NCBI RefSeq assembly: GCF_001194135.2
Contig: NC_068981.1
Coordinates: forward strand, 2,644,242 to 2,708,241
Origin: Octopus bimaculoides
Taxonomy: Eukaryota
Reading direction: 5' to 3'
Length of the DNA: 64,000 nucleotides
Shown: positions 47,976-60,129 of the stretch, in pieces
How the letters are laid out: each line of letters opens with the position of its first letter
Numbering within the stretch: position 1 is the stretch's first letter
Position numbers and translations under genes: made by a program
Notes under the pieces: generated by a model
The model's input: only the letters and a program-made list of their open reading frames with translations
Told to the model about the DNA's origin: nothing
The model's database searches: none

Positions 47976-49859
47976 GATTGCAATACAATACACATACTGC
48001 ACTATTTGTTTCCACATTACAATTTATCACTTCAACATATACTAGCAGAAAACTGCACGGAGAATGGTATTTCTGCTAGTTTTTTTTTACTAAAACAATT
48101 ATGTAACTTTATTATGATCTAATTGAGAATAGTTAGGACGGCTCTATGTTTGGTAACAAAATTTGTTCAGTCATACATGTTAATTGTATATTCATATGTA
48201 GTTTAAAAAAATTACAGGAACACTATCAACAGAAGTTTCAGTAATAGATAACTATCAATATAAACTTAAGTGACTTTTTCACCTATAATTCCTTGCTTTG
48301 ATGACTTTTATTTGTAAATACAGTACATCAGTGTCTTACGGCCACCTCTTCAAGATTCAAATAAATATGTCATTGTAGTCAACATTCGAATGAATGCATT
48401 CAGTCAATGAATCAGCTAGTTTCAAATTTACTGTAATTTTCTTCTTCACTTGAGAAATACTGTTTCCTTTATGCTTGTCATATTTTAATAATGAATAATT
48501 CACTGAATTGTATGCAATTATACCTAACAATGACTTTGGTGACAAAAGGATATACTTTTAATAAGTTTTTTACTACTTGTCAACTCAAATTTATTTATGG
48601 TTTTCTACAATACCTGTCCATCTACCAACTCACCTGTAAACCATACTTAGTTGATGAATTTAGTTTAATATGTATTTTCTCATACTGGTGTGGGTTGACT
48701 AAATCTGCAACAGCACAATACTTTTGCACACGTTTGTGTGTAAGCATGTATGTGTGTTCTATGCACTTATATGTGTGTATACCAATGTAGTTATCTCTCC
48801 TATTTCATTATTTCTATATGAAATCCAATAAAACACCATGTTTTATTGGATTGACATTTCACATGTATCCCATCATATTTACCTCGTTCTTTGTGCTTGC
48901 TCTTAATTTCCTTCATTTACTGTTCATGATAAAACACTCAGTGTTTTATCTGTGAAGTGGTTGGTGATGAAAAGGGTAAGTAGCTATAAAATATCAATAC
49001 TTCAAAATAGTAATAAATGAAGATGTAGACCCCACAAGCTACGGTGCAGGTACTCCATCTAGAAGAGCACTCACCAGTTTTCCCATACACTCTCTTCAAG
49101 ATGAAAACAGTCTGTGGTCCCTGAATTCTCTTCCCACCTGATTTACTGTCAAGGTTGTCTCCCTTAACCTTCACCTCTTCATTGGCAATAATGGTTCTCA
49201 GTTGTCCTTCTCCTTGTCTAACTGCCTTCTAAGACTGTTAAACTGAAACTGTTCATTCAGTCTCTAGAGATATTCTTTATCAAAAGCTAAAGGTGCCTCA
49301 TTCCTTAAGTTTTACAGCACGTTGAACACTAACCCATAATTTCTAACTCCTCACACTACCATTAAGAAGTTATTGACTTAATATTGGCATCCTCTGTCCT
49401 TGCACTTAGAAGGTAAAGGGAATTACTAAATCCTGCACGATATTTTATCTAGTGCTCTATCAATTCTGCTACTCACTGCTCTGTAGGACCTGAAATATTG
49501 ATAAATATCTAAATGTTTGTGTTCTTAACAAAACTATAATTTTCCAAATTATTAGCTTCATGTCTAAAGTGTGTATTGATATTTACCTATACTACATTTT
49601 GATTGGTTTGATATCTGATTGTTATCAGGCATCCTATTTCTGTTTATTTTCTGGTCACCAACTGGATTCAAATACACTTTTTTCCAAAAAAATTAATGTC
49701 TCAAAAAATAACCAAGTTGGGCCTATATTACATGCTTTATTGCACATAAAACTTTTTCTGTGCGAATGGATAATGATATGCTTGCACTTAATGACTCGGA
49801 GAAGAAAAATGCGTGGAAGTGTCACTATGAAAAGTTACTAAATGTTGGAAATGAATGGG

Positions 49860-50183
49860 AGAAGAAGAGTCTACCAGATATTGAACCAATTGAGGGACCA
49901 GCCATCAAAGTTCATAGCAGCATATACAGATAAGGCAGTTAAGGACATGAAAACAGGGAAAGCCCCTGGGCCATCAGGAATCACTGCCAAGATTAAAATT
50001 TCCACTGGTGTAGGAAAAAGCTTAGTCACCTGTATAGTTAATCAGGTTATTCAGGAAGGTGCCATTCCCAGTGACTGGTATAGTAGTATTATACTTAGCT
50101 GCTACATGGGTAAAGGTGATGTCTTAGATAGAAACAACCACAGAGGTATCAGACTGCTGGACCAGGTTTATGAAAGTTACTGA
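49860..50183 (+). pseudogene. RTE LINE RT N-terminal fragment
   Basis: KAVKDMKTGKAPGPSGIT...WYSSIILSCYMGKGDVLDRNNHRGIRLLDQV. Confidence 0.88.
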
Positions 50184-50889
50184 GAGTTGCTGCCAAGCAT
50201 TTTGCCTGGCATACTAACAGTTCTGTCAACTCACTGCTTGGAACTACAATATTCAAACTGGTAGTTTAATATTTAAGAGGAGTTATTGACAGTCATGACA
50301 AAATATTGTAATATATTTCCTGCTTTACTTTCATGATTTACCCTGTTAAAAGTAAAACACTTTCTCAGAATGTTATGCATAGATTTACGTGTTGCTTATA
50401 AATATATCTAAGATTTCAGCTCAATTCATGTTTTTTTTTATTGGACTGACCTTGAGAAAGGGGTTGTGCTCATAGCCTTCACAGGTCTTCAGATGTCAAT
50501 GCAGTTGACATTTCTCCAACAACTGCAAATCACACATGCTATATTTCCATTTTGTCTTTTCTACTGCTTCCACAATGGCCTCTACTCCTCAGCCCTGGCT
50601 GATCTCATGCAACCTCCACTCAAGTCTTATTATGTGCTGTTATTATTTATTGCTCTTACTCATCTGTCAGAAACAAATTTTATTTTGTTAACCTTCCTGT
50701 GGAGTCACATGAAGGTTAAAAATCTCTACCTACAACATGTCTACATATAGAACAGCCATTTAACTGAAGGGATTAGTGTCCTGTCTGTTTCTCTGCTAAC
50801 TAGATGTTTGGTATTTGCTAATTTAACTTCAAGACTCTTTGATTCCACATTTTACTTTCACACCTGGAATTTCATTTCTAATTCTAATA

Positions 50890-51570
50890 TTAGAATAAGG
50901 TCATCAGCATAGAAGAGTTCTCGAGGGCAGCCAGTCTTAGAGTTTTCCTGGAGGACCATGATAAATTAGAGGGGACTGATAACTGAACCCTGATGTACTC
51001 CTACTTGTGTACTAAATTCATTACTGTATACCTTATTAACTCTCACTTTGCTGACAGCATTCCTGTACATGGCTTGAACGGCTTTCACTAGCCATTCCTT
51101 TACTCCTAGATTCCATATCAATCATCAGATGATGGAGAAAGGCACCCTTTCAAAGGTTTTTTTTCCAGGTTAACAAATGCTTTTTGCTAAATACTTGTCC
51201 TGTAATTGGCAAACTATAAAGAGAGCATCGGTAGTGCTTTTCCTGATGCAAAACCAAACTGCATCTCATCTAGGTTAATTCTCTCCTTAATTAATTGGGC
51301 TATGGACTCTTTCAGTGACTTTCATAATTTGGTCCAGTAATTTGATACCTCTGTAATTATTTCTAAGGCACCTCCTTTACCTTTGTAACTGTTGACTATG
51401 ATGCTGCTATACCAGTCATTGAATATGATACCTTCCTGTCCAACCTGATTAAATTTACTGGTGACAAGGCCATATCCAACTTTGTCAAATATTTTAAGCA
51501 TTTCAGAGGTCATTTCTTATGAACCTGGGGCTTTCCCAATCTTCATATTCTTAATTGCTTTATATAAATA
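50890..51570 (-). pseudogene. RTE LINE reverse-transcriptase core relic
   Basis: KIGKAPG, WYSSIIVNSYKGKG, KSTTDALFIV, VHQGSVISPL*, RELFYADDLIL (YADD at 50900-50911). Stops and frameshifts present. Confidence 0.88.
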
Positions 51571-52487
51571 CACACATACTTTCCAAGCCAGCCTCTCTGA
51601 TGAGCACTGTTCTTAAGTTGTTACTTAATTTCTATGTGAAACCGGTTGGTAAAATTGGTTGAAATGGATCTATAATACTGTATAATATAAAGAGTTATCC
51701 ACTCTATTGACAAATATACTAGTGCTGTTTTTCCTGGCTTATGGATTCTTAGATCACACACACATATACACACTTACCTACACAGATGCACGCACATGGC
51801 AGTCTCACATATGTGAATTGAGAAATTTCAATTATCTGAAGGGTTACTTGCAATTAGAAAATAAAGTCTTCCTCTAGTGTTTATTAAAATCTAAAAACAA
51901 TTAGGAGACATGCATTCAATGATTTACTCCAAATGTTTTGAAATAAAGATATTTGGAGTGGATCTTTTCTTTAAAGCCAACTGGTGAAAAGTATTAAACA
52001 TGTTTCTATCTTATTAGATCTCCACAGTAAAATATATTCAGTTCGGCTGGCTAGGCTTGTCCTCTTATATTTCTATTCACTTGAAGTATAAGCTGCTGTT
52101 CATTTTTTATCAGTATTTTTATTGATTTATTGGTATAATTATTTCTAAAGTGTCTTAAAGTGTAATATTTTCCATTTACCCACTTTAGTTACATTAGAAT
52201 ACTTGGACCAAGGTTTGAAAATAGGTGACAGGTCATAAAATACTTAAGTAATTCTATCTCTCTCTTAATATACGCCATTACCAGATCCATTTCAGTAAAT
52301 GACCATTTTTTTATTATATAATAGAGGCACAATAAAAATTTTTTTAAGAGGTAAATGAGAAGTAGCTTTATAAATTGAAATACTGACATTTATTATTGGT
52401 TAAAAGTTATACTGCCAACCATTAAGCAAAAAATAATATCATTATTCCTCTAAGTCATTCTTCTTTTTTTTTTATTCCTTTTATAAG

Positions 52488-52748
52488 GTGGAGAGTCCTG
52501 ATCCTCATTGTATTTCTTCTGCCACCAACAACAGTGAAGTGGAACTTTTACTTCAAGAAAGCAATGAGGCTATATCTAAGGGAAATTTTAATCATGCAGT
52601 TGGACTTTATACTGAAGCAATTGCCATGGATTCTCAAAATCCCCTTCTTTTTGTATATAGATCTGCAATATTTGCTAATCTACATAAACATGCTGAAAGC
52701 TTGGCTGATGCTCAAAAAGCCAGATTTCTCAATCCCCATTTGGCATTG
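52488..52748 (+). CDS. TTC28: Internal coding exon (87 codons, phase 0/0) of a TPR protein, most similar to the N-terminal TPR of TTC28
   Basis: Long polypyrimidine tract + TAAG| acceptor (AG 52486-52487) and TTG|GTAAGT donor. Open frame VESPDPH...LLQESNEAISKGNFNHAVGLYTEAIAMDSQNPLLFVYRSAIFANLHKHAESLADAQKARFLNPHLAL resembles the recalled TTC28 repeat (QSNQAC..GDF..AI.LY.EALA.DPQN.ILY.NRSAA....AL.DA.KARLLNP). TPR identity is secure; the orthology call is from memory and the sequence is divergent. Confidence 0.75.
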
Positions 52749-54526
52749 GTAAGTAGATGTCATATTTTGAAAATATTTTGTTGACTGTTGTAGAACTTTT
52801 AAATGATAGTTTTGTTGTTAATAATAATAATGACATTTTTAAACATGTACACTGAAAATTTGAATTTATCTGTGCAATAATTATTGTAATGTTGCAATTA
52901 TGATTTATAACTCTACACATAAAACAGGTCAATTAATATCGTTAGTTTTACACATTCTAATTTATAATGTTTAAAAACGTTAAAATATTTTTAAAAAATA
53001 TGAAATTACCTTTCATCAGTATTATTGGTTTTATTCTCAATTTTAATACTATTGAAATAATACAGTTTGTAAAATTGGGATTAATTTGAATGGTAATCAT
53101 TAGATCTGTAATATATCTAACTGTAACAAATTGTTTTCTTTCATCCAACCAAGTTATCTATCATTGTCTGCAATTTGTTGATCTCATGTCGTCTATTTTA
53201 ATCAATAATCAGTGTCTCTAATAACTATTATTTTTCCTTTTCTTCTGGTGGAGGAGGGGGTTCATTCATATTCAATATCATGTCTTAATATCATGTTACA
53301 TTTTATAGGAAAATCTAATATATCTTTATGAAATGGTTGTCATCAATCTGCAACCTTTTTTCAACTACTTCGAATTCCTATTATTAGAGTAACAATAACT
53401 TGACCCCCAACACAGAATAGGTCATCTAGCTCATATAATCTACCGTTTTGATATGAAGCATAACAGCAATCCATATATAGTTTTTAGGCCTAGGCTACTC
53501 AACATTGCCAGTTGCATGGTTGTAATTATAAGCTCTTCAAGAATTGATTTACTGTCATTCTATTTGAGATACTTCTATATTTCCTGTTGGTTACACTTCC
53601 TATTACTTTCTTATAAAATAAATAACTACTTTAATCCCTTATCACTCAACAACTTGGAGTTGGCTGTCTTTGTGTCCAAACACTGTATCATCATCATCAT
53701 CATCGTCATTTTAACAGCCACTTTTCCATGCTTGCATGGGTCAGATGGAGTCTATTGAGGTGTAACCCTCACCTGTTTCCAAGTAGTGATATTTCCCCTT
53801 GGCCAGACATATTTTTCTCAGAAGACTGGAAATGAATGACATTGCCTCTAGCACGATAGTGCTGGTTTACAACCATTACATGATCTCAAAACAAGCATGC
53901 ACATGCGCACACAGAGGTTTCTTTCTGTTACTTGTTATCATTTTACAGATTATTTTGCTGTCTTTCTTTAAAAACTTCAATTTTATTATTTTTAAATCAT
54001 AAAAAAAAAAAGACAATGAAGCGATATATTTTAAATTGGATATTTTAATTGAATATATTCTGATAGATAGAAAGTATAATTAACTTGACTCTTTATGTCT
54101 AATCCTAAACAGAATCTCTATCACTGTTGATCCAAAGTTTACATAAAGTAAACATTTATAAGCCTCAAATAATTCCTAAATTGGAGAGATAGATTAATGT
54201 AAAATTAGAAAGGCTATTAAACTGACTGACAGAAACAAGAACGGTTATTACGCTGATGCAACATTCACAATCCCTCATGCCTCTTGCACTCATCGTATGC
54301 CAATGCTGCCAGGGCAGAAGCCAAATCCTTGTCTATTCTAAAATCTTTACACCATTTTGTTTCGTCCTCTGCTCACATTCTTGACTGACACACAGACACC
54401 CAAACACCCTTAATCTCTTTTTCACATCAGAACCTCACCTCTATGAAACCACAGCTTGCCTCTATATATTTGGTCATCTGAGCACTGCATCATTGCAACT
54501 TCCCAACACACGATCACAGTCTACAC

Positions 54527-54862
54527 CAGTGGTTCTCAACCGGAGTCCATATGAAATTTTTGAGGGTCCACACAAACAAAATAGTAAACTGGGGATCCAC
54601 AACAGTAATTTAAGGGCCCCTAAAAAAAATTTTACTTTAGATGTATGTATTGGGAAATATATTACAAGAAACAGCTGGGTTTCTTTCTCTAACATTCTAC
54701 ATAGTTCAACCTACACAAGTTAAGGTGTGGAAAACAAAATAGGAATTTGAAAGAAATTTCTATAAAACTAGATTTTAAACATCAAATAACTGTGGGGATC
54801 CATCAGAATAAAATAATAATTAAAAGAGGTCCATAAATAAAAAAAATGGTTGAGAACCCCTG
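54527..54862. mobile_element. hAT (Charlie-like) MITE
   Basis: TIRs CAGTGGTTCTCAACC / GGTTGAGAACCCCTG. 8-bp TSD GTCTACAC (54519-54526) / GTTTACAC (54863-54870). Confidence 0.9.
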
Positions 54863-55777
54863 GTTTACACAGACCCCGTTACACCACAGGTCAACCAACT
54901 GATCAGAACTCTCTCAGTTCTATTGCAATTACTCTTGGCAGCATGTCTGCTTCTCTCTTAACCCATCAGAAACAGTTAGACAGATGAGTGAATACATTCT
55001 TTTAGCTATGTCCCTTCCACATCCTACATACAACAAAAACTCAGTATCCCAAGTGCCCCAAGTAGTTCCCTCATAACTGTACTGCAGCTATCCAGTCAAA
55101 ACACAACATTCACAGTGCCTAGAGAAAGTCACCAGTTTCCTCAAACTGGGTGGCATTCCACCCAGAAGTGCAACTCGTGTAAGACTGCTATCCAGTCTGC
55201 AAAGGGTATCTTCATATATTGCATGGCTCTCAAACTTTCCCACCTCCCAAACTTCAGTTGAGCCTTTTGATCTCCAGCAAAAGAATTTCCGCTAACTTCG
55301 TAGAGGTTCTCCTCTACTTCTCAACAAATAATAATGGCTCAAAATCTGTTCTTTCAGCCCCACCAGGTTCCCCACCTCATGTATGCACATGCTAAGTGCA
55401 TGTCTGTATGTATGTATGTATGTGTGTATGTATGTATGCATGTATATATGCATGTATGAATGTAAAGGAGCCAGGTTGAAATCACCAAGATCAGTAGCCT
55501 TGACAATGTCCTTTCTATTAAACACAAACATTGAGCCCTAGAATTTGCCCCTCTACTCACTAAATTCTATAATTTCTCACTCTCTATAGAGCTATAACCT
55601 GACATTTGGGAGTATGCTTTGTGTGACCTATTCCCAAGAAAGGCCACCTCACTACTCTGCCAACTATCATTGTATTGCTCTCACTTTTAACATCTTTAAA
55701 GTAGTGGAGATAGCCATTAACAATATTCTCTAACACTGTTAATCTCTTACTCCTTAATGACTGCTCGTATGGCTTCT

Positions 55778-56005
55778 TATTTCTTCATTGCCCACAGCGG
55801 GCTAAACATAGAGGGGACAAACAAGGACAGACAAAGGGATTAAGTCGATTACATCGACCCCAGTGCGTAACTGGTACTTAATTTATCGACCCCGAAAGGA
55901 TGAAAGGCAAAGTCGACCTCAGCGGAATTTGAACTCAGAACATAGCGGCAGACGAAATACCGCTAAGCATTTCGCCCAGCGTGCTAACGTTTCTGCCAGC
56001 TCACC
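55778..56005 (-). mobile_element. Young full-length tRNA-derived SINE (family A, GTCC-rich tail variant) with 15-bp TSD
   Basis: CpG-rich copy GGTGAGCTGGCAGAAACGTTAGCACGCTGGGCG...GAGTTCAAATTCCGCTGAGGTCGAC... Flanked by GCTCGTATGGCTTCT at 55763-55777 and 56006-56020. Confidence 0.92.
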
Positions 56006-56074
56006 GCTCGTATGGCTTCTGTTGAACCAAATCCACTGAGACCCATTCTCATATATCACTCTCCAGTAAGCTTT

Positions 56075-57294
56075 TGCTTTAGAGAATCACTTTGCACATC
56101 AATACACTTGTTCCAGTGTTCCTGCCACTTTTGGAATCTAGCCTAGAAGTCGTTTTATGCGAGTGAGTCGAGGGCCTTCAGCGATTCACTCTTGATCTCA
56201 ACAATGGTGTTAAAACGGTGATCTTTGAGCTGCATTTCCATTTTGAGGAAGCGATGGAAGTCTGCAGGTGCTAAATCTGGTGGAAGCAATACCATGTTGT
56301 TTTTGGCAAGAAACTCTCATGTGAGGAGAGCTCGGTGATAGTGCATTGTCGTCATTGAAGAATCCAACTCTTCATGCTCCACAGATTCAGTCACTTTCAC
56401 CAAATATCCTTCCTCAAACACTTCAAAACCTCACAGTAGAACTCTGGATTGACAGTCTGACCCTGGGGGATGAATTCTCGATGCACAATACCATGGTTGC
56501 TGAAAAAATCAACAAACATACTCTTGATTGAGCTGTGGTTCTGCTGTGCCTTCTTTGGTCATGAAGGGCTCTTCCATTGTGACAACTGCTGCTGTATCTC
56601 AGAGTCCTGCCTGCAGACTCAACTCTCGCCACCAGTAATGGGCCCCAACATGAAGGACAGGTCAGCAGCAGCAGCAGCACGCTAACAGAGATCTTGACAC
56701 ACTTTGATGTGATGTTCTTTCTGCTCAGTGATCAGCAGGTGGAGGACAAACTTGGCACACACACACCACATGTTCAATTCAGATGTTAGGATTGCCTGCA
56801 CAGACTCCTTCGACAGACCAACAACATCAACAATGTTGTTGATTGTCATTTGATGATCCTCATGCACAATGAATTTTCTCCACATTTCCAGGGGTGACGC
56901 TTGTTGCAGGTATTCCAGATTGCTCATCTTCTAGGGATGTTCTTATGCTTTGAAGCCCCCATGCCACTTGAAACATTGCATATGACCCATTGCCTCGTCA
57001 CCATAAGTTTTCCAAAGCATGCTCAATATCTCTGTAGCAGACTTCCCAAGTATCATGCAAAATTTCACTTTGGCTCTTTCTTCCAACTTCCTGTCCATGA
57101 CAAAATCACAGACTACAGCATACACATGATCACAAAAACACAAATTTCACAACTTGCAAAGTGAACATAGCAATGACACTCTGCACACTCCCTCATGAAG
57201 CTCACTGCTAGCTCTCACTACACATGCAACCACATGCTGCCATATGTTGGCATGCTACAGAACTGGTCTGGGAACTTTTTGATGCTACCTTGTA
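56075..57294 (-). mobile_element. Mariner-family element relic (decayed transposase, one TIR)
   Basis: ATG at 57098 (MDRKLEERAKVKFCMILGKSATE...). FFSNHGIVHREFIPQGQTVNPEFYCEVL, PDLAPADF and C-terminal FQKWQEHWNKCI motifs. Terminal TACAAGGTAGCATCAAAAAGTTCCCAG at 57268-57294. The other TIR was not found. Confidence 0.9.
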
Positions 57295-57419
57295 TGAGTT
57301 CCACCAATTTCTCATTTTGGGGGATCAGTAGCTTCCTATCTGATGGCACTGTCATGGTATCTTTTGACAGAATTCTTTCATTCCACTCTCAGTCTGGTTT
57401 GCCCTAAGTTTGGTTTTAT

Positions 57420-57860
57420 TCTCTACTCTCTTCTTCTTGTAAATCTATGACCTCTTTGCCATTATGTCCAACAATGTCCAGTCTTATCCAAATGATATGA
57501 CTCTTGGTGAAGGCACAGCTTAACATAGCTGGGACAACATCTTAAAGACTGGCCTCCAACAATTGTTGATATTCTACAAAGCTCAAGTAAGGTCCACAGA
57601 GAAGTAATGTTCCCACATCTGGAACAGTGCTGCTGCTATTCAAACAAACATCCTGGACTGCATCTGCAGAAGAGCCAGTCTACTAATTGGCCCTTCCCTG
57701 GATCACTCACTAAAATGTTCTGGTCTCTAGCCAAGTATGCTGTCTTCTCTCACCGACTCTTCTATCATTACTATAATGACTTCTGTTCCTTAGAGCTGGC
57801 TCGGCTTGTATCTTCTTTGATCAGGCACTCTCAATTACAGATCTCTCCCTCTCCCTTGTA
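57420..57860 (+). mobile_element. CR1-clade LINE relic
   Basis: LIFYKAQVRST..CSHIWNSA...LDCICRRA and LFYHYYNDFCSLELA motifs. Confidence 0.6.
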
Positions 57861-58011
57861 ATATCCATCCCTCCAACCCAACATTAAGCATTATGTTTAG
57901 TCCTTCTTTCTTAGAATCTCCTCCCTAATCATGTCTTTCCTTTAAGTATTTACTAGCAACAATTTAGACAGAATATTAGCAGCATCAAACTCACTGGTCT
58001 CAGAGGGCCTG

Positions 58012-59195
58012 CAAATGTCATGGCATTGTTTTTTCCTTCCAGACCCAGCAAGTAATATCGTCGAGCGAGTTCGTTGCCAGTGCCCCTAGACTGGCTCTTG
58101 TGTGGGTGACACATAAAATACACCATTTTGAGCGTGGTCGTTGCCAGTACCACCTGACTGGTCTTCGTAGGATTTTTCGAGCGAGATCGTTGCCAGTGCC
58201 CCTGGACTGGCTCTTGTGCAGGTGGCACATAAAATGCACCATCTTGAGCATGGCCGTTGCCAGTACCGCCTGACTGTCCTTCATGCCAATGGCATGTATA
58301 AGCACCCACTACACTCTCTGAGTGGTTGGCGTTTAGGAAGGGCATCCAGCTGTAGATACTCTGTCAAATGCTGTGCGTGAGAAAACCCAGCAAGCCAAGT
58401 GAGATCTAAATCTAAGGCCTCAGCCAGTCCACTTAGGCGTACCTTCCTTCATTGGACACTAAACTCCACTTGCGAAGACCTGTTGAGGCAAGTGAAATCG
58501 AAATCGAGTTAAATTGGACATGAAACTCAGCCTGCGAAGACTTATTGGGGCAAGTGAAAGCGAATTTGTGATGGCACCTGTGCCCAGCATCGCCTTTCTG
58601 GCACTTGTGCCCGCGGCATGTCTAAGGACTTTCGAGCGAGATCGTTGCCAGTNNNNNNNNNNNNNNNNNNNNNNNNNNNNNNNNNNNNNNNNNNNNNNNN
58701 NNNNNNNNNNNNNNNNNNNNNNNNNNNNNNNNNNNNNNNNNNNNNNNNNNNNNNNNNNNNNNNNNNNNNNNNNNNNNNNNNNNNNNNNNNNNNNNNNNNN
58801 NNNNNNNNNNNNNNNNNNNNNNNNNNNNNNNNNNNNNNNNNNNNNNNNNNNNNNNNNNNNNNNNNNNNNNNNNNNNNNNNNNNNNNNNNNNNNNNNNNNN
58901 NNNNNNNNNNNNNNNNNNTGTGCAGGTGGCACATAAAATACACCATCTTGAGCGTAGCCGTTGCCAGTACCGCCTGACTGGCCTTCGTGCGGGTGACACG
59001 TAAAAGCACCCACTACACTCTCTGAGTGGTTGGCGTTAGGAAGGGCATCCAGCCGTAGAAACTCTGCCAAATCAGATTGGAGCTTGGTGTAGCCATCTGG
59101 TTTCACCAGTCCTCAGTCAAATCGTCCAACCCATGCTAGCATGGAAAACGGACGTTAAACGACGACGACGATGATGATGATGATGATGATGATAT
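58012..59195 (+). mobile_element. RTE 3'UTR element with tandem subrepeats, partially duplicated; contains an assembly gap
   Basis: CGTTGCCAGT-initiated 49-67 nt subunits, AAGGGCATCCAGC core present twice, ORF-end AVREKTQQAK* at about 58370-58403, terminal GGACGTTAAAC(GAC)n(GAT)n. Confidence 0.85.
58653..58918. other. Assembly gap (266 N) inside the RTE 3'UTR subrepeat array
   Basis: N run. Confidence 1.
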
Positions 59196-59926
59196 ATGTA
59201 TGTGTGTGTGTTTAAGATCTGTCTGTAAAATGACTTTATCTCCGGATTGAGTAGAACTAGAATCCGAATCATTTCAGCAGTGAAAATCCATGTTTTTAGA
59301 AGTAAACAAGATTGCTTTATTCAATGTAGCCTTTTCTTTCCAAAGACTACTGGATGTAATTTGAGTGATATTTGGCTGCTATTTCTAGGTGTAGGTTGAA
59401 CAATAAAGTAATGACTCCTCCATTGGCTTACACATCTGAGTAGTCATTTTCATAATGAAAGTTGTAAAGTCATATTACAAGAATTCACAAAATATGCAAA
59501 ATATTGCTGATCTCACTCTCCATTATCTACTATATACTGTAAATAGGAATTTTTAACATTCTTACTTGCTTACTGTTATTGTTACTTTTCTTTGCTTTTC
59601 ATGATTTCTATTTATATTTATCTGTGTTATATATTTTGCACTGTTTGCATAGAATAATATATAACTTTTTTACACTGTTGTTAAGTTACTGAACACATTG
59701 TTGCGTTGGCACACATCTAGGTCTTCATTGTTAAACAGCGCCTACTGTACTTGTGCAAATATTTCTTGAGTGATAGGTGTTGTTTAGCCCCAGGTTGAAC
59801 CTGATGGAGCAGTCTTTATTATCAAAGGCATTTCTGCTGTCCCATATGCTTTTTTTTTAAAACACAGAATTGTGATTTGAGAAATTTAGCTGCTGTTTCA
59901 AACAGAAAGAGAGGGACTACAGTGAG

Positions 59927-60129
59927 CACTGGTTCCCAGCCTTTTTAATATCTGGTCCAAATCCCAAACCTGGATTTTTTTTAGGGGTGGGGGGATTGTG
60001 CTAGAAAAGTAAAACACAAGTCCATTAAAGAAAAATTTACTGTATTTATAGAGGGAAGACGGTCAGGGGCTGCTGGAAGGATGCTTGAGGGCCACATGCT
60101 GTCCTGGAAGCCGCATTTGAGAACTGCTG
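59927..60129. mobile_element. Decayed hAT-like MITE
   Basis: CACTGGTTCCCAGCC ... TTTGAGAACTGCTG. TSD not recognisable. Confidence 0.45.

Noticed and set aside
48822-48852. 14-bp perfect hairpin
   Set aside because: Short and AT-rich, with no context suggesting function.
58012-58300. CRISPR-like repeat-spacer look (CGTTGCCAGT units)
   Set aside because: The 'spacers' are themselves homologous subunits of an RTE 3'UTR, the context is eukaryotic and there are no cas genes.
58405-58560. Possible HDV-like ribozyme (CTTCCT, GCGAA) in the RTE 3'UTR
   Set aside because: Could not build a nested P1/P1.1/P2/P3 double pseudoknot by hand (no GG after the putative P1).
58459-59106. ORFs spanning N runs (also 10000-10361 and 23589-23901)
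   Set aside because: Artefacts of assembly gaps; only the zf-RVT part at 23856-24381 is real.
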